From contig OZ024749.1 of the NCBI GenBank assembly GCA_964016885.1, forward strand, positions 18,104,001 to 18,168,000: a stretch of DNA of 64,000 bases. The letters run 5' to 3'. The notes below the pieces were generated by a model. It was not told where the DNA came from. It did not search any database and saw only the letters and a program-made list of their open reading frames with translations. The stretch is from Eledone cirrhosa (Eukaryota). Below are positions 51,939 to 64,000 of this stretch, one piece after another; position 1 is the first letter of the stretch, and every line of letters starts with the position of its first letter. A program made the translations under genes and the position numbers.

Positions 51939-52605
51939 TCTATATATATAAAACTGAGGATGTCTGTCTGCGTGTGTGTGTTTGAATGCCTAAAACTCGA
52001 GAACTACCCAACCGACTGTTTTCAAACTTTACACATGTAATACTTATGTTTCAGGGAGTGTTCTGAGCAAAATATATTTCAAATTTTCAATGCCCTAGAG
52101 ACCGCATTAGGCGATTTAGCGATCCCTCTCTATAATTCTTAGTCTTTCTCTTTTTAGATAGCAGGCCCTTACAATATCTGGCTGTCTGCATTACGTCACT
52201 TCCCTGAGGATGACTGTGTGTGTGTTTGTGTGTGTATGTGAGTTTGAATCCCTAAAACTCGAGAAGTACCCAACCGATTTTTTTCAAACTTTACATGTGT
52301 ATTACTTATGTTTTAGGGAGTGATATGCACATAAACAATTCAAGATTTTGTCTCCTATGGTCTGCATTAGGTGAAAAACTGCGTATTTTAAGCTTTTTAG
52401 GGTTTTTTTGAGGCGTTACGTCAGACCGATTTCCTTGAAATTGTAACTATGTGTTAGTCAGTCTCTTCTTCATACTGTAAGCAAAGAAAATCCAACTTTT
52501 TTATGGCCTAGGGCCCGCATTAGGTGAAAAACTTCATTTTTTTCAGCTTTTTAGGGCTTTTTGGAGGCGTTACATCTAGCTGATTTTCCCAAAATTTCAA
52601 AGCAT
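51939..52605 (+). mobile_element. Non-autonomous Helitron-like element, 5' part
   Basis: Starts A|TCTATATATATAAAA, then a tgtctgtctg/gt microsatellite; internal duplicated modules cctaaaactcgagaa.tacccaaccga. Confidence 0.55.
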
Positions 52606-52639
52606 ATTATGCATATATATATATGTATATACATATACA

Positions 52640-52930
52640 TGGCTTAGTGGTTAGAGCATTGGCCTTGCAATCGAAAGGTTGTGAGTTCAATTCTCAGACC
52701 GGGCGATGTGTTGTTTCCTTGAACAAGACACTTTATTTCACATTGCTCCAGTTTACTCAGCTGTAAAGTGGACGTGTAGGTGCCACGGCAAAAAAGCACC
52801 CAGCACTCACTGTAAATGAGGTTGGTGTTACACGCAGGGCATCCAGCTGTAGAAATCAAGCCAGAATCAGTTCCCATCCCACCCTTGCAAGCAGAGAAAA
52901 GCAGACGTAAAATGATGATGATGATGATGA
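52640..52930 (+). mobile_element. SINE family B copy
   Basis: Same head and tail as 38841-39183. Confidence 0.88.
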
Positions 52931-53011
52931 CTGATAGCAGATGTTCTGGTGAAATAGTAGTTTTACTACTACAGATTGTAATGGCACTCTTAGTATACAC
53001 TATTGTAAAGT

Positions 53012-53450
53012 CATCATCATCATTCGTCGACTACTGTCGAGATGATGGATCTCACTCTCATGCCCCAGAATTCCCTATCCTCAATCGCTGCCCCCCAGGT
53101 CCCGTCTACTGATTCCCGTATCCCTAGAGATAACGTCAGGGAATGACAGCTTCCTACTCCTAGTCAGGCTGGAGTCAGGGTTCCAGAGCAAGAGAGCGGA
53201 TATGATTTCATTGCTGGCACGGTGACAGTGGCCAGCAAATTGAGCTCTCCGGGATTTTAGAAGGGCAGAGGCTTGTGGGAGTTTGCCATAGATTTTAGAC
53301 AAGGTGGGATGTCGTTTCCAGGATAGGTTTTGCACTCTCATTAAGAGGCGGGTATATGTGCCATCCAATCTCCTCTCAAGTTGTGATGTTAGTGTCCAAG
53401 TTTCGGATCCATAAAGTAATATGGGCTTAATAGTTGCTTGGAATATTTCC
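53012..53450 (-). mobile_element. 5'-truncated LINE of a second RTE-like family, with a 5-bp TSD
   Basis: LLYGSETWTLT..RLDGTYTRLL..RRAQFAGHCHR; (ATG)n tail; AAAGT at 53007-53011 and 53451-53455. Confidence 0.85.
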
Positions 53451-53561
53451 AAAGTAAGAATAGATATGACAGTGTAAGACTGATGTAGGGGAGAGAAAAT
53501 TGTCTATATATATATATATATAATTGTTACACAAGAGATATAATTAGATTAATTAAAGTTA

Positions 53562-53975
53562 TAATGGTTTCTTATATAGGCACATGGCCTGCAATTTGGG
53601 GGTAGGGGAAAGTCGATTAAATCGACTCCAGTGCGTGACTGGTACTTTATTTTATCGACCGCGTAAGGATGAAAGGCAAAGTTAACCTCGGCGGTATTTC
53701 AACTCAGATCATAAAGGGAGGTAACTCTATGCTTCAAAGTATGGCGTCTGACCCTCTACTAATACTGCCAATCCATGGCCCGAGGTATTTTAAATAATTG
53801 TTTCTACTTTTGGCATAAGGCCAGCAATTACACAGTGCATTACTGGTACTTTAATTTATCGACCCCGTAGGGATGAAAGGCAAAGTTAACCTCGACGGGA
53901 TTTGAACTCAGACCGTAAAGGGACGTAACTCTGCTGGAAAACATGGCGTCCAACTCTCTTCCGATACTGCCAAAT
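53562..53975 (-). mobile_element. Two adjacent SINE family A copies
   Basis: Conserved block and tRNA-like head at ~53562-53782 and ~53794-53975. Confidence 0.85.
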
Positions 53976-54138
53976 AATAAAGAGTCATGATAACAATAAC
54001 CTGAAATATAGGATTACGTCGAGTGCTCTCCCTAATATTACATCAAGGTTGACTATACGGAATGACCAGTTCTATCCAGTGGTGAACCAACAAACCATAA
54101 TGTATTGGCATTGATAAATATGCTGGGTCCGTCAACCC

Positions 54139-54206
<68 letters not shown>

Positions 54207-54519
54207 CAAGGAGAATGATATCCTGGCGGTCTTCCAGTTTAATCCGAAATCTGTACAAAAGATTTGCTGTTGATTGTATAACTAAACTTTGGAGATTTTA
54301 AACAAAAAACTAAGTTGTAATGGATAATATCACTGCTATTTATTTAGCATTTAGAGACACTACGTAGAGGTTTTCTTATTGATATATAATTGATATTTTA
54401 CTGACTTACAATAAATTAAATACGATTGGAACTGTGTCTGAATGTATTAAATTATATCAGGGACTTTTAACGTATGACACCGGTACGAGTGTTGAAACAT
54501 TCCCAACGACACCGAGTAC

Positions 54520-54697
54520 CTGCTGTATCGGTAGAGAGTCGGACACCATGCTTTCCAGCATAGTTACGTCCCTTTACAGTCTGAGTTCAAATCCCGCCGA
54601 GGTTTACTTTGCCTTTCATCCTTACGGGGTCGATAAAATAAAGTACCAGTAATACACTAGGTAATTTGCTGGCCTTGTGCCTAAAGTAGAAACAATT
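54520..54697 (+). mobile_element. SINE family A copy
   Basis: gagttcaaatcccgccgagg..gcctttcatccttacggggtcgataaaataaagtaccag. Confidence 0.85.
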
Positions 54698-54734
54698 ATA
54701 ACTTTAATTAATCTAATTATATCTCTTGTGTAAC

Positions 54735-54779
<45 letters not shown>

Positions 54780-55562
54780 ATTTTCCGACATCAGACTTAC
54801 ACTGTCATATCTATTCTTACTTTACAATTGTGTCTACTAAGAGTTCCATTACAATCTGTAGTAGTAAAACTACTATTTCACCAGAACATCTGCTATCAGT
54901 CATTTATAGACAATATATATATATTTTATCAACCTGATATATATATATATTTCCTATCAAATCTCTGGCTAAAGACATAAAGTCAGCCTCACTACTTCAT
55001 TCTGACAAGATATCAATTTATGACTAAAGATGAAGAAGATACACCAACTTTAATGTGAAATAAAGCTGATAACATCTTTGAAACTTCTAATTTCATAACA
55101 AAAAGATTATTTCTTTGGTTGTTTAGTAAAAACTAACAACACAACACATTGATTATATCTGAAGGAGGTAAGTTGACAAATATTTACTTAATGTCTATAT
55201 TAATGTGTGTAAATAATATAATTATGTGAACCTTAAACTATCCAGTAATTAATTCCACTGTTACAAGTGATATAAAATATATTGTTGTCATGACACTTTA
55301 TTATTTAAAATACCTCCGTCTATTTAATTATCTTGTTCACTACCTTACATTATAAAATATATTTTATATTTAGCTGTACCTTGTTATTGCTTTAAGTAAA
55401 TTAAAGATATATTTATTATTTAAAATACCTCCGTCTATTTAATTTATGTGGTTCACTACCTTACATTATAAAATATATTTTATATTTAGCTGTATATTGT
55501 TGTTTCAGGGAAGTTTTGTTCGTTTTAGTCTAAATCTATTTTGATTTAATTTACTTCATCTA

Positions 55563-56900
55563 CATCATCATCATAGTTTTACGTCCGTTTTTCAATCATG
55601 GCATGGGTCCTTTAAGCACATCTCCCCACTCGCTTGTTCCTTCGTCATCTCCTCTGCGAGTCTCAGCATTTTGAGATCAGCTCTCACCACATCTACCCTG
55701 GTCTTCCTTGGTCTACCTCTAGTATGGCTTCCCTCTTCTGGTATTCCGTGGCACTTCTTTAACCAGCGATCACCATCCATGCTTATCACATATCCGTATC
55801 AAAGCAGTCTTCTCTCTTGCACACCACTTTGGTTTCCTCTGAAGTTCAATTTCTTCCTTATTTTATCCAAGCTCTACCTTCCTCTCACATTTACGTTGCA
55901 CATCCAACGAAGTATGGTTGCTCCATTTCTCTCCAGCTTATTCATGTCTTCTGCAATTACTGCCCATGTTTCACTTCCATGCAGTATTGCACTTTACACA
56001 CAGGTATTGTACGGCCAAAGTTTTTGTACGTAGGGAGAAACCTTTATTTGCCGACAGTGGAAGTAGCGCTCAAAACATATTCAATCCTATCCTCTCTTAC
56101 GAAGCACCCTCCTCCACAGCTAATTAGGTTACCTAGATAGCGGAAGCCATCATTGTGTACAGTTTATGCCTACTCCTTTTCTATATATGCAGTAGGGTCA
56201 CTTATTCTCTAGTTCTTTTATGGAGTCAGCTATAAGGACCAGATCATTCACATAGACTGTTTCCCATGTCTTAAACCCGTTGGTTATGGCCTGGAGAACT
56301 ATGATGAATAGCAGTGGGTTGTGAACTGAACCATGATGAACACCTACCTGTACATTGAATTCCTCACTAAACTCCCTTCCTACTCTCACTTTACTGTGAC
56401 AGCTCCCCTGTACATGGCTTGCACTGCTCTCACAAGCCATTCTTCTACACCTAAACTTCTGAAGGACCACCAGATAACAGAGTGAGGTACTCTGCCAAAG
56501 GCCTTTACTAGATCTATAAAAGCTAAATATTGCAGCTTAATCTTGGCTAGGAACCTCTCTTGTAGTTGTGTCACTAACAAGTTTCATCATTAATTCCAAA
56601 GAGAATGTCATTTATATGTGTATGTGTGTTGAACAATGAACATAAAACAAAAGTCTAGGATTGCTTCTTAATTTATTCTCTACATTCATCAATCTCTCAT
56701 AGTAACATTTCCAGGCCTCATTTTTTTAGCATCAGTGGTGCTAAGTGTACCAGTGTCATTTCTAACACACCTTTCCCTGTCTTGCAATGTGGAACACTTC
56801 ACACCTCTGATTCTCACGTCTCAAGACTTTGGCAAGCTTTCTTTTTCAGCCTCTCTCTATGTTATGTATACCTGTCTTTTACACCTCTTTCTGTTCAAAC
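55563..56900 (-). mobile_element. Older, deleted RTE LINE
   Basis: AFIDLVKAFGRV, GVHHGSVHNPLLF, VYVNDLVLIA, GRPRKT. Confidence 0.85.
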
Positions 56901-57624
56901 TGGCTGTAACTCGCAGCTCATATTGATGTTAATGTATTGTCCTCAAAATAAGTAATATCAAAGTCTCATATATTCAATATTATGTGAGATAAAAACTTTA
57001 CCATGAAAATATAATAGTAAATGCTACAAGGTTAATAGCTCTATCTACTGTGCTGTTTCACCACTGGGTCACCCTCTGCCTGGCTGGTACTTTGTTCCAG
57101 CCACAAGTCTCATCAATTATTCCAAAGAAATTGTCAATTATATATGTGTGTTTGTGGGTATTGAACATTGAAAATAAAACAAAAGTCTGAGATATGGTTC
57201 ATTGTTTTATGATCATTTCAGAGGGTTGATTGATCATGGTAAATCAATATATTGATACGGTGTGATTGATCAGGAATTTTGAGACTAGAAATAGTTATTG
57301 ACATAACAACTACCTGTTTGTCAGTATATCAATCTACCATGATCAATCAAACCTCTGAAATGATCGTAAAATAATGAACTAATTAAGAACATATCTTTGT
57401 CTCTAGTTTTATTTTCATTGTTCAAAACACACAATATATATACATGACTCTGTAACTCTAGAAGAATCTTTGAAGGAACCTTATGTGATGAGATCCTACT
57501 ACAAAAACTATAACTTTCACCATCCAACCTCGTTGTAACCATCTCTTCAAGGCTGCAATGAGTTCTAACAATGTTATCGGTCTCTCCCTAAACACTTGAA
57601 TACTAATATATATATATATATATA

Positions 57625-59440
57625 TCATCATCATTTTACATCCACTTTTCTCTGCTTGCAAGGGTGGGATGGGTCCTATTCAACACAGCATCTCTCCACT
57701 TGTCACGATCCTCCATCATCTCCACGGTGAGTTTCAGCGATCTGAGGTCTGCTCTCACCACCTCCGCCCATGTTTTTGGTGGTCTTCCTCTACTGTGTCT
57801 TCCTTCAACTGGGATTTCTTGGCAATTCTTTACCCAGCGGTCATCCTCCATGCGCATCACATGTCCATACCATCTCAGTCTTCTCTCCTGCACACCACAA
57901 CTTATCCCTCTTATACCCAGTTTCTTTCTCAACTCATCTATGCTTGGTCGTTCACGCACATTGACATTGCACATCCAACGGAGCATGCGTGCTTCATTTC
58001 TCTCCAGACCATCCATATCCTTTGCAGTTGCTGCCCATGTCTTACTACCATGCAGCATCGTGCATCTCAGACAGGCATCATATAACCGTCCTTGCGTATG
58101 CAAGGGAGAAACCCTTCTTTGTCAACAGAGAAAGCAGCTCCCTAAACTTCTTCCAACCCATCCTTATTTTGGATATTATAGCCCCCCCCCCCCCCCCTTC
58201 CATGCTAATCTGATCACCTAGGTACCGGAAGCTATCAACCACTTCTATAGAATCCACCTGCATTTGAAAAATGTGTCTATCACTGCGATTACTACTGCCA
58301 ACTTTCCATGTACATCTACTGCATACATAGTTTTCCCTACCTGTTAGTTTGCCTGCTATCCCACTACATCGCTTGTGTACCCAAGATCTGCATTGCGTAC
58401 ATTTTATGGCATTTATAACAGTTCCTTTCCTACATATCGAACATGGCCATTTCTCTGATGGAATCAGAGTATTGTCCTCTCTTCTACTTCTCGACACTTT
58501 TGTTTTAGCTATGTTCACTCTCAGGCCTCTTTGTTCCAACTACTGTTTCCATAGCCAGAATTCTCTAGCTCCTGTACTGATTCTGTTATAAGAACCAGAT
58601 CGTCAGCATAGAGAAGTTCCCATGGACAGCCAGTCTTAAACTCCTCTGTTATGGCTTGGAAGACTATAATGAACAAGAGTGGGCTGAGGACGGAACCTTG
58701 ATGTACTCTTACTTGTATCTGGAATTCCTCACTCAACTCCATTCCTACCCTGACTTTACTGACAGCACTTCTGTACAAAGTTTGCACTGTCTTCACAAGC
58801 CATTCCACAACACTTAGTTTCCTTAGGGACCACCAGATGACAGATCGGGGTACCCTATCAAAGCCTTCTCTAGGTCAACAAAGGTTAAGTGTAGTGGCTT
58901 ATTCTTCTCTAAGAACCTCTCTTGTAATTGTCTCACCAAGAAGAGGGCATCTGTTGTACTTTTCCCAGGCACAAAACCAAACTGTGTCTCATCTAGTTTA
59001 ACCCTTTCTCTAATTAGTTGTGCTAATATCCTTTCTGCCACTTTCATAACCTGATCCATCAGTTTTATACTCCTATAATTGCTGCTCTCTAGAGCAATTT
59101 ATGAGAATACTGCTGCACCAGTCTTTGGGTATGACGCCACCATATCTAACCTGATTGATGATGTGTACATCCAGTTTAGTGCCTACGTCCCCTGATGCCT
59201 TCAGAAACAGGGCAACCATCCCCGACGGTCCAGCAGCCTTACCATTTTTCATTTCCTTAATCGCCTCTTGGACCCTATATTCGTCAATCTCTATAGCTGG
59301 TCCCTCTGTCGGATCTAGTGAGGGTAATTTCTCTCTCCCATTCGTTCTCCACATTCATCAGTCTCTCAATGACATTTCCAGGCCTCCTTTTTCTGATCAT
59401 TCATGACACTAAGTACACCGGCATCATTCCGGACGCATTT
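57625..59440 (-). mobile_element. 5'-truncated RTE LINE
   Basis: QFGFVPGKSTTDA, VHQGSVLSPLLF, LLYADDL, RRLRWYGHVMRM; (ATG)n tail. Confidence 0.93.
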
Positions 59441-59452
59441 ATATATATATAT

Positions 59453-60630
59453 ACTAGCAGCTGAGGCTGGTTGCACCCGGGGCCACTTTTTGTTAAGTTA
59501 ATAATTTGAAAAATATTATTGAAAGTTTATTATAAAGAAGCAGTTTCAGGAAAAAAAATAGAAATATGCACTTGGGGCTGGACGGCGTACAATGAGAAGT
59601 GGAGCGACGTGAAAAGTGTTGTTTATTAACAGCGAAATATCAATGTCGATGATATGCAATTTGAAAAATACTACTTACTGTTAGTGGTGGTTAACATGTA
59701 TTAGAATTAAAATAAAAACACGCGTCCCTTCTTCGCAATTTAAGGGTTTGGCGATACTTGGTTTTAGTGTCCTAAATTATCATCATCGACATTCAATTAT
59801 TAGCTCCACCCACTACACGATACGTCACGACACGTCATCAGCTGCTGCTGCGGCTTGATTTTTACATGTTCATTTTCTTACATTCTTCATTTTTACACGA
59901 AAAAACATTGAATTTTTAGAATAAATATTTATTAAAATATTAACAGAAAAAATTAGATTTTTGATTTATTTTTTGAACAAAATAAATATTTATTTACAGT
60001 TTTTCACAGAAAAACTATGCTTCATTTTTACATGAGTATTTATTTACAGTTTTTAAGTTTTTAACTGAAACACTGCTTCATTTTTACATGAATATTTATT
60101 TACAGTTTTTAACAGAAAAAAAATTGCAGCGAAATACATTTTTTTAAAAACAGATTTACAGTTTTTAACAACAGAAAAAAAATTTCTTTAAACAATATAT
60201 TGTTGCGATATACAGTTTAAAATGTTTTCGAAACATTTACCTTCGTGACGTATCGTGTAGTGGGTGGAGCTAATAATTGAATGTCGATGATGATAATTTA
60301 GGACACTAAAACCAAGTATCGCCGAGGGTTTTATTTCTTTTGATGGAAAACAGTGACCGTACTGCAGAATCGCTTTCATAAAACGGTACTGTATGATCGT
60401 TAAATGTAGAAAGATGATGAAATTGTAAATAAGACAAAAGTATTAGAACAGGGGGAAATAACTCACCGAACGCGATAGTTTTGGGGCCCCAGTTTTCAAG
60501 TTAGAGATTTGAAACCGTGTCTATTTGCTTCCTTGGCACTTTTTACATAGGTGTGTAAATTTTCATATCAGTCCGACCACGTCTACTACCATTTAACCGT
60601 GCACATTTGAATTTCAACCACCACTCATTT
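59453..60630 (-). mobile_element. Helitron-like non-autonomous element (3' end at 59453)
   Basis: Minus strand ends in a GC-rich imperfect hairpin then CTAG|T in (TA)n; AT-rich internal repeats. The right boundary is uncertain. Confidence 0.45.
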
Positions 60631-60640
60631 CACAAATATA

Positions 60641-60979
60641 TTTCATTTTATTTCATTTTACGCCCACTTTTCCCTGCTTGCAAGGGTGGGACGGGAACTG
60701 ATTCTGGCTTGATTTCTACAGCTGGATGCCCTTCCTAACACCAACCTCATTTACAGTGAGCGCTGGGTGCTTTTTTGCCGTGGCACCTCCACGACCACTT
60801 TGCAGTGGAATGATAGGGGCCCAAGTCCCTATCATCTCATTTCTACAGCTGAGTAAACTGGAGCAATGTGAAATAAAGTGTCTTGCTCAAGTACACAACA
60901 CACCACCCGGTCTGAGAATTGAACTCACAACCTTTCGATTGCAAGGCCAATGCTCTAACCACTAAGTCATGTGCCTCCA
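60641..60979 (-). mobile_element. Full-length SINE family B
   Basis: Reverse complement of 38841-39183. Confidence 0.9.
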
Positions 60980-60993
60980 TTTATTTATTTATT

Positions 60994-61131
<138 letters not shown>

Positions 61132-61424
61132 CCAAAAAACCATATTTATTCTATTATATATATTTCAAGGGTACCAAAAAGTTTGGTGCGCCCTCATCAG
61201 ATAAAATACAAAATGTTTTATAAATATTTGACATGGCCAAGGATAATATACCTTAACGGTTCAAGTTATCCCTGGAAAGTGATAACTTGACTTTCCAGAG
61301 ATCCTTGGTCATGTCAAATATTTATAAAACATTTTGTATTTTATCTGATGATAGCGTACCAAAATTTTTGGTACCCATGAAATATATATAATAGAATAAA
61401 TATAGTTTCCATTTATTTAATATC

Positions 61425-61491
<67 letters not shown>

Positions 61492-62031
61492 TAATATATG
61501 TAGAAATAAACACAGTAAATTCTGTGTCTAATATTACGAGGGTAGAGACTATCACATTTGTTTTATATATCATATGTATCATACTGAATCATACGTAAGA
61601 TATAACATTTTTTTATACAGACCGTACCAATAACTATTTCATCTCTCGGACAGATTAGAAATTTAATCTGTGTCGCCCTGAAAATTGTGTTTGTAACAGA
61701 TAATCCGTAGGCTTTCCTCAGCGAGAGATAAGATCAAATGGAACAAAACACATGTAACTACAATTTCAGAGAGATGAAATAGTTATTGGTACGGTCTGTA
61801 TATTTCAGAGAGATGAAATAGTTATTGATATGGTCTGTATAAAAAAATGTTATATCTTTCGTATGATTCATCCAGCTATCAGCTGAGTTCATCGTGAGGA
61901 CTGCCCCACCCTCTTACTTTAGCCGGGAAGGGCAGTTCAGCTTAAATATATAAAATAAATGTGGTATTTTCTACCCTCGTAATTTTAGACACAGAATTTA
62001 CTGTGTTTATTTCTACATATATTAGTATAAT

Positions 62032-62192
62032 TGTTTCTACTTTTGGCACCAGGCCAGCAATTACCCAATACATTACTGGTACTTTATTTTATCGACCCCG
62101 ACTTAGCGGGATTTGAACTCGGACCATAAAGGGCCATAACTCTGCTGCAAAGCATGGCGTCAGACCTTCTCCCGATACTGCCAATCCACCGC
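62032..62192 (-). mobile_element. SINE family A with a 19-bp TSD
   Basis: ctacatatattagtataat at 62013-62031 and 62193-62211. Confidence 0.9.
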
Positions 62193-62281
62193 CTACATAT
62201 ATTAGTATAATGCTCAGTATTTATACTTTGAGCTTGTTAATTGCAGGGTATCAATATGAGTTAGTAACTCTGTATTTTATT

Positions 62282-62332
<51 letters not shown>

Positions 62333-62334
62333 AA

Positions 62335-62745
62335 AATCACCGGGAGAGATGACCCCTTAGCCTTTGTCAAGGCAGAATTCTAGGAGAAGGAAAACTCTGA
62401 TATAACACCTGCAACCCTGATGGTATCCAATGTTGACTTGTTCTTCTTTTTGGTAAATATCATCTTGGTTAAGAGAGTGGGACTGGCTTTGTGCAGTGCC
62501 TTTGCTCACTATAAAAGCTTCACGGCACAGACATTGCTTTATATCTGGAGATCTCTCTGCACTTGTCGTCACATGGTACCATGGGCCCAGCACTATGTGT
62601 CAATAATTGTCACAGGTGTAGTGTTTGTACCAGAGTTTTCAAGTCGCTGGCTGGACTAAAAAGTCACTCGTTCAGCGCATCGGTAGGGGCTCTCCTACAT
62701 GGATATAAAGTAGTGGCCGTACTCGAAAACGAGTTGGCAGCCACC
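62335..62745 (+). mobile_element. Possible LINE C-terminal relic with a C2H2-like knuckle
   Basis: CSVCTRVFKSLAGLKSH at ~62617-62667 resembles the C-terminus of BovB-like RTE proteins; flanked by (TA)n. Confidence 0.4.
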
Positions 62746-62784
<39 letters not shown>

Positions 62785-62787
<3 letters not shown>

Positions 62788-64000
62788 TGATACCTTGAGA
62801 TACGAGTTTAATTCATTCCGTGACCGAGCTCGTAACTCAATTTACTCGTATCTCAAATCAATTTTCCCCATTGAAATTAACTGAAATGCTATTAATCCAT
62901 TCTGACCCCCCCAAAACCACACCAATTTATTTATGTTACGTTTTTTTAATAAGCAAAGTATACTTTATAAAAAACAAATAATGTATAATGAAATAACATA
63001 ATAAAAGAGAATGTAAAGAAATAAACTGGATTTATTAAGTCTATTTACCTTCAAGATGAGACGAAAAAGCTGGCGGTGGTGGAGGAGAATGATGGGGGAG
63101 GCTGTAAATGTTTTTCGTTTTGCGCTCTTATCTCTTAACTTGACTTACTCACTATGCAGTTAATGCTATATTTTATTGCTAAATTTAACTTACACATTAT
63201 GCTACACTTAATCGCTAAACTTAATTTCTATTTTTTTTTACTTTTTGTTTCTATACGTACCGTACGGTACTTCAGTTACTGTCATCATCATCTGCACTGA
63301 CTTTTGGCTTTTTGGCCACACTTTCCTCGCCTTCGCTTTGAGGGCGTTTCAATAAAAACCTGTCCAAGGAGGTTTCTTCCTCCCTTTTAAAATGTTTCTG
63401 AAATGAGTGAGGCAAGTGTCGTTAAACAGTGCCGACGCACGACTTGTTCCAACTTTTTCTGGATGATTTTTGTCAATAAAATCATTAAGTTTCTCCCAAA
63501 TTCCCAACATTTCCTTAATTTCACTTGAAGGGATTACTACCTCCTCTGACTCTGGCCCCTCATTAATTTCCTGCCAAATCTCTGTATGCTGCTGGTCCTG
63601 TAGCTCCTTTAATTCCTCTGTTGTCGAATCCTCATTGTGCTCTTCGACGAGGTCGTTGATGTCTCCTTCATCCACTTCCAGGCCCATGGATTTTCCGATG
63701 GACACGATTTCCTCCTCCACTAACTCTTCGGGTTCGAATCCTTTGAAGTCCCTTTCAGACACAACCTCAGGCCACAGCTTAGTACATATTGTAGAAGTAC
63801 TACGATCGTACTCCTTTGGCAAGTGAATAAGAAGCACACCACGCTCATGTTTTTCTATATTTTCGTGCATAATATCCATAGACATCATCCTTTTCTTTTT
63901 CTCGCCAGTGTTCTTGGCACTCACTTTCTTAGGACTCATGGTTGAAACGAAGATTTTTATCGAAATAAACCAAAAGCAACTAAAATCACAACAGTAACAC
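62785..64000 (-). mobile_element. Tigger/pogo (Tc1-mariner) DNA transposon, internally deleted
   Basis: TA|CAGTGATACCTTGAGATACG TIR at 62785; the other end lies beyond the window. Confidence 0.88.
63349..63939 (-). CDS. 196-aa fusion ORF: CENP-B-type N-terminal HTH joined to the acidic C-terminal part of a Tigger transposase (no DDE domain)
   Basis: MSPKK..KHERGV..EYDRSTSTICT fused directly to KLWPEVVSERDFKGFE..ELKEL..CLTHFRNILK. Confidence 0.75.
   Translation of the reverse strand: MSPKKVSAKNTGEKKKRMMSMDIMHENIEKHERGVLLIHLPKEYDRSTSTICTKLWPEVVSERDFKGFEPEELVEEEIVSIGKSMGLEVDEGDINDLVEEHNEDSTTEELKELQDQQHTEIWQEINEGPESEEVVIPSSEIKEMLGIWEKLNDFIDKNHPEKVGTSRASALFNDTCLTHFRNILKGRKKPPWTGFY

Noticed and set aside
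55295-55500. Small direct duplications (also 8478-8620, 10093-10140, 25930-26090, 30455-30615, 51490-51640)
   Set aside because: Ordinary slippage-type tandem duplications with no further signal.
57664-58221. Plus-strand ORFs over LINEs (also 27088-27534, and 49978-50388 on minus)
   Set aside because: Antisense shadows of RTE coding sequence.

Overview
AT-rich, repeat-dense animal genomic DNA, not prokaryotic. The [17 protein letters not shown] zinc-finger array, the (ATG)n-tailed RTE LINEs and the two tRNA-derived SINE families suggest an octopus or other coleoid cephalopod (inference). In order, the window holds: a 6.4-kb palindrome-containing satellite; a GC-rich, divergent LTR-type RT relic with an LTR; a hAT transposase pseudogene split by a solo LTR; a polarity-switching A/T-rich repeat region with telomere-like islands; a multi-exon ankyrin + Cys/His-rich + RING + Death-domain gene (5' exons disrupted, 3' exons intact); many RTE LINE and SINE copies; Penelope-like remnants with hammerhead-ribozyme motifs; a C2H2 zinc-finger pseudogene inside a local segmental duplication; Helitron-like ends; and a Tigger/pogo element with an in-frame internal deletion. 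Short inverted duplications recur throughout. I could not establish an intact host protein-coding gene. All coordinates were read by eye, and transposon boundaries are approximate unless a TSD or TIR is cited.
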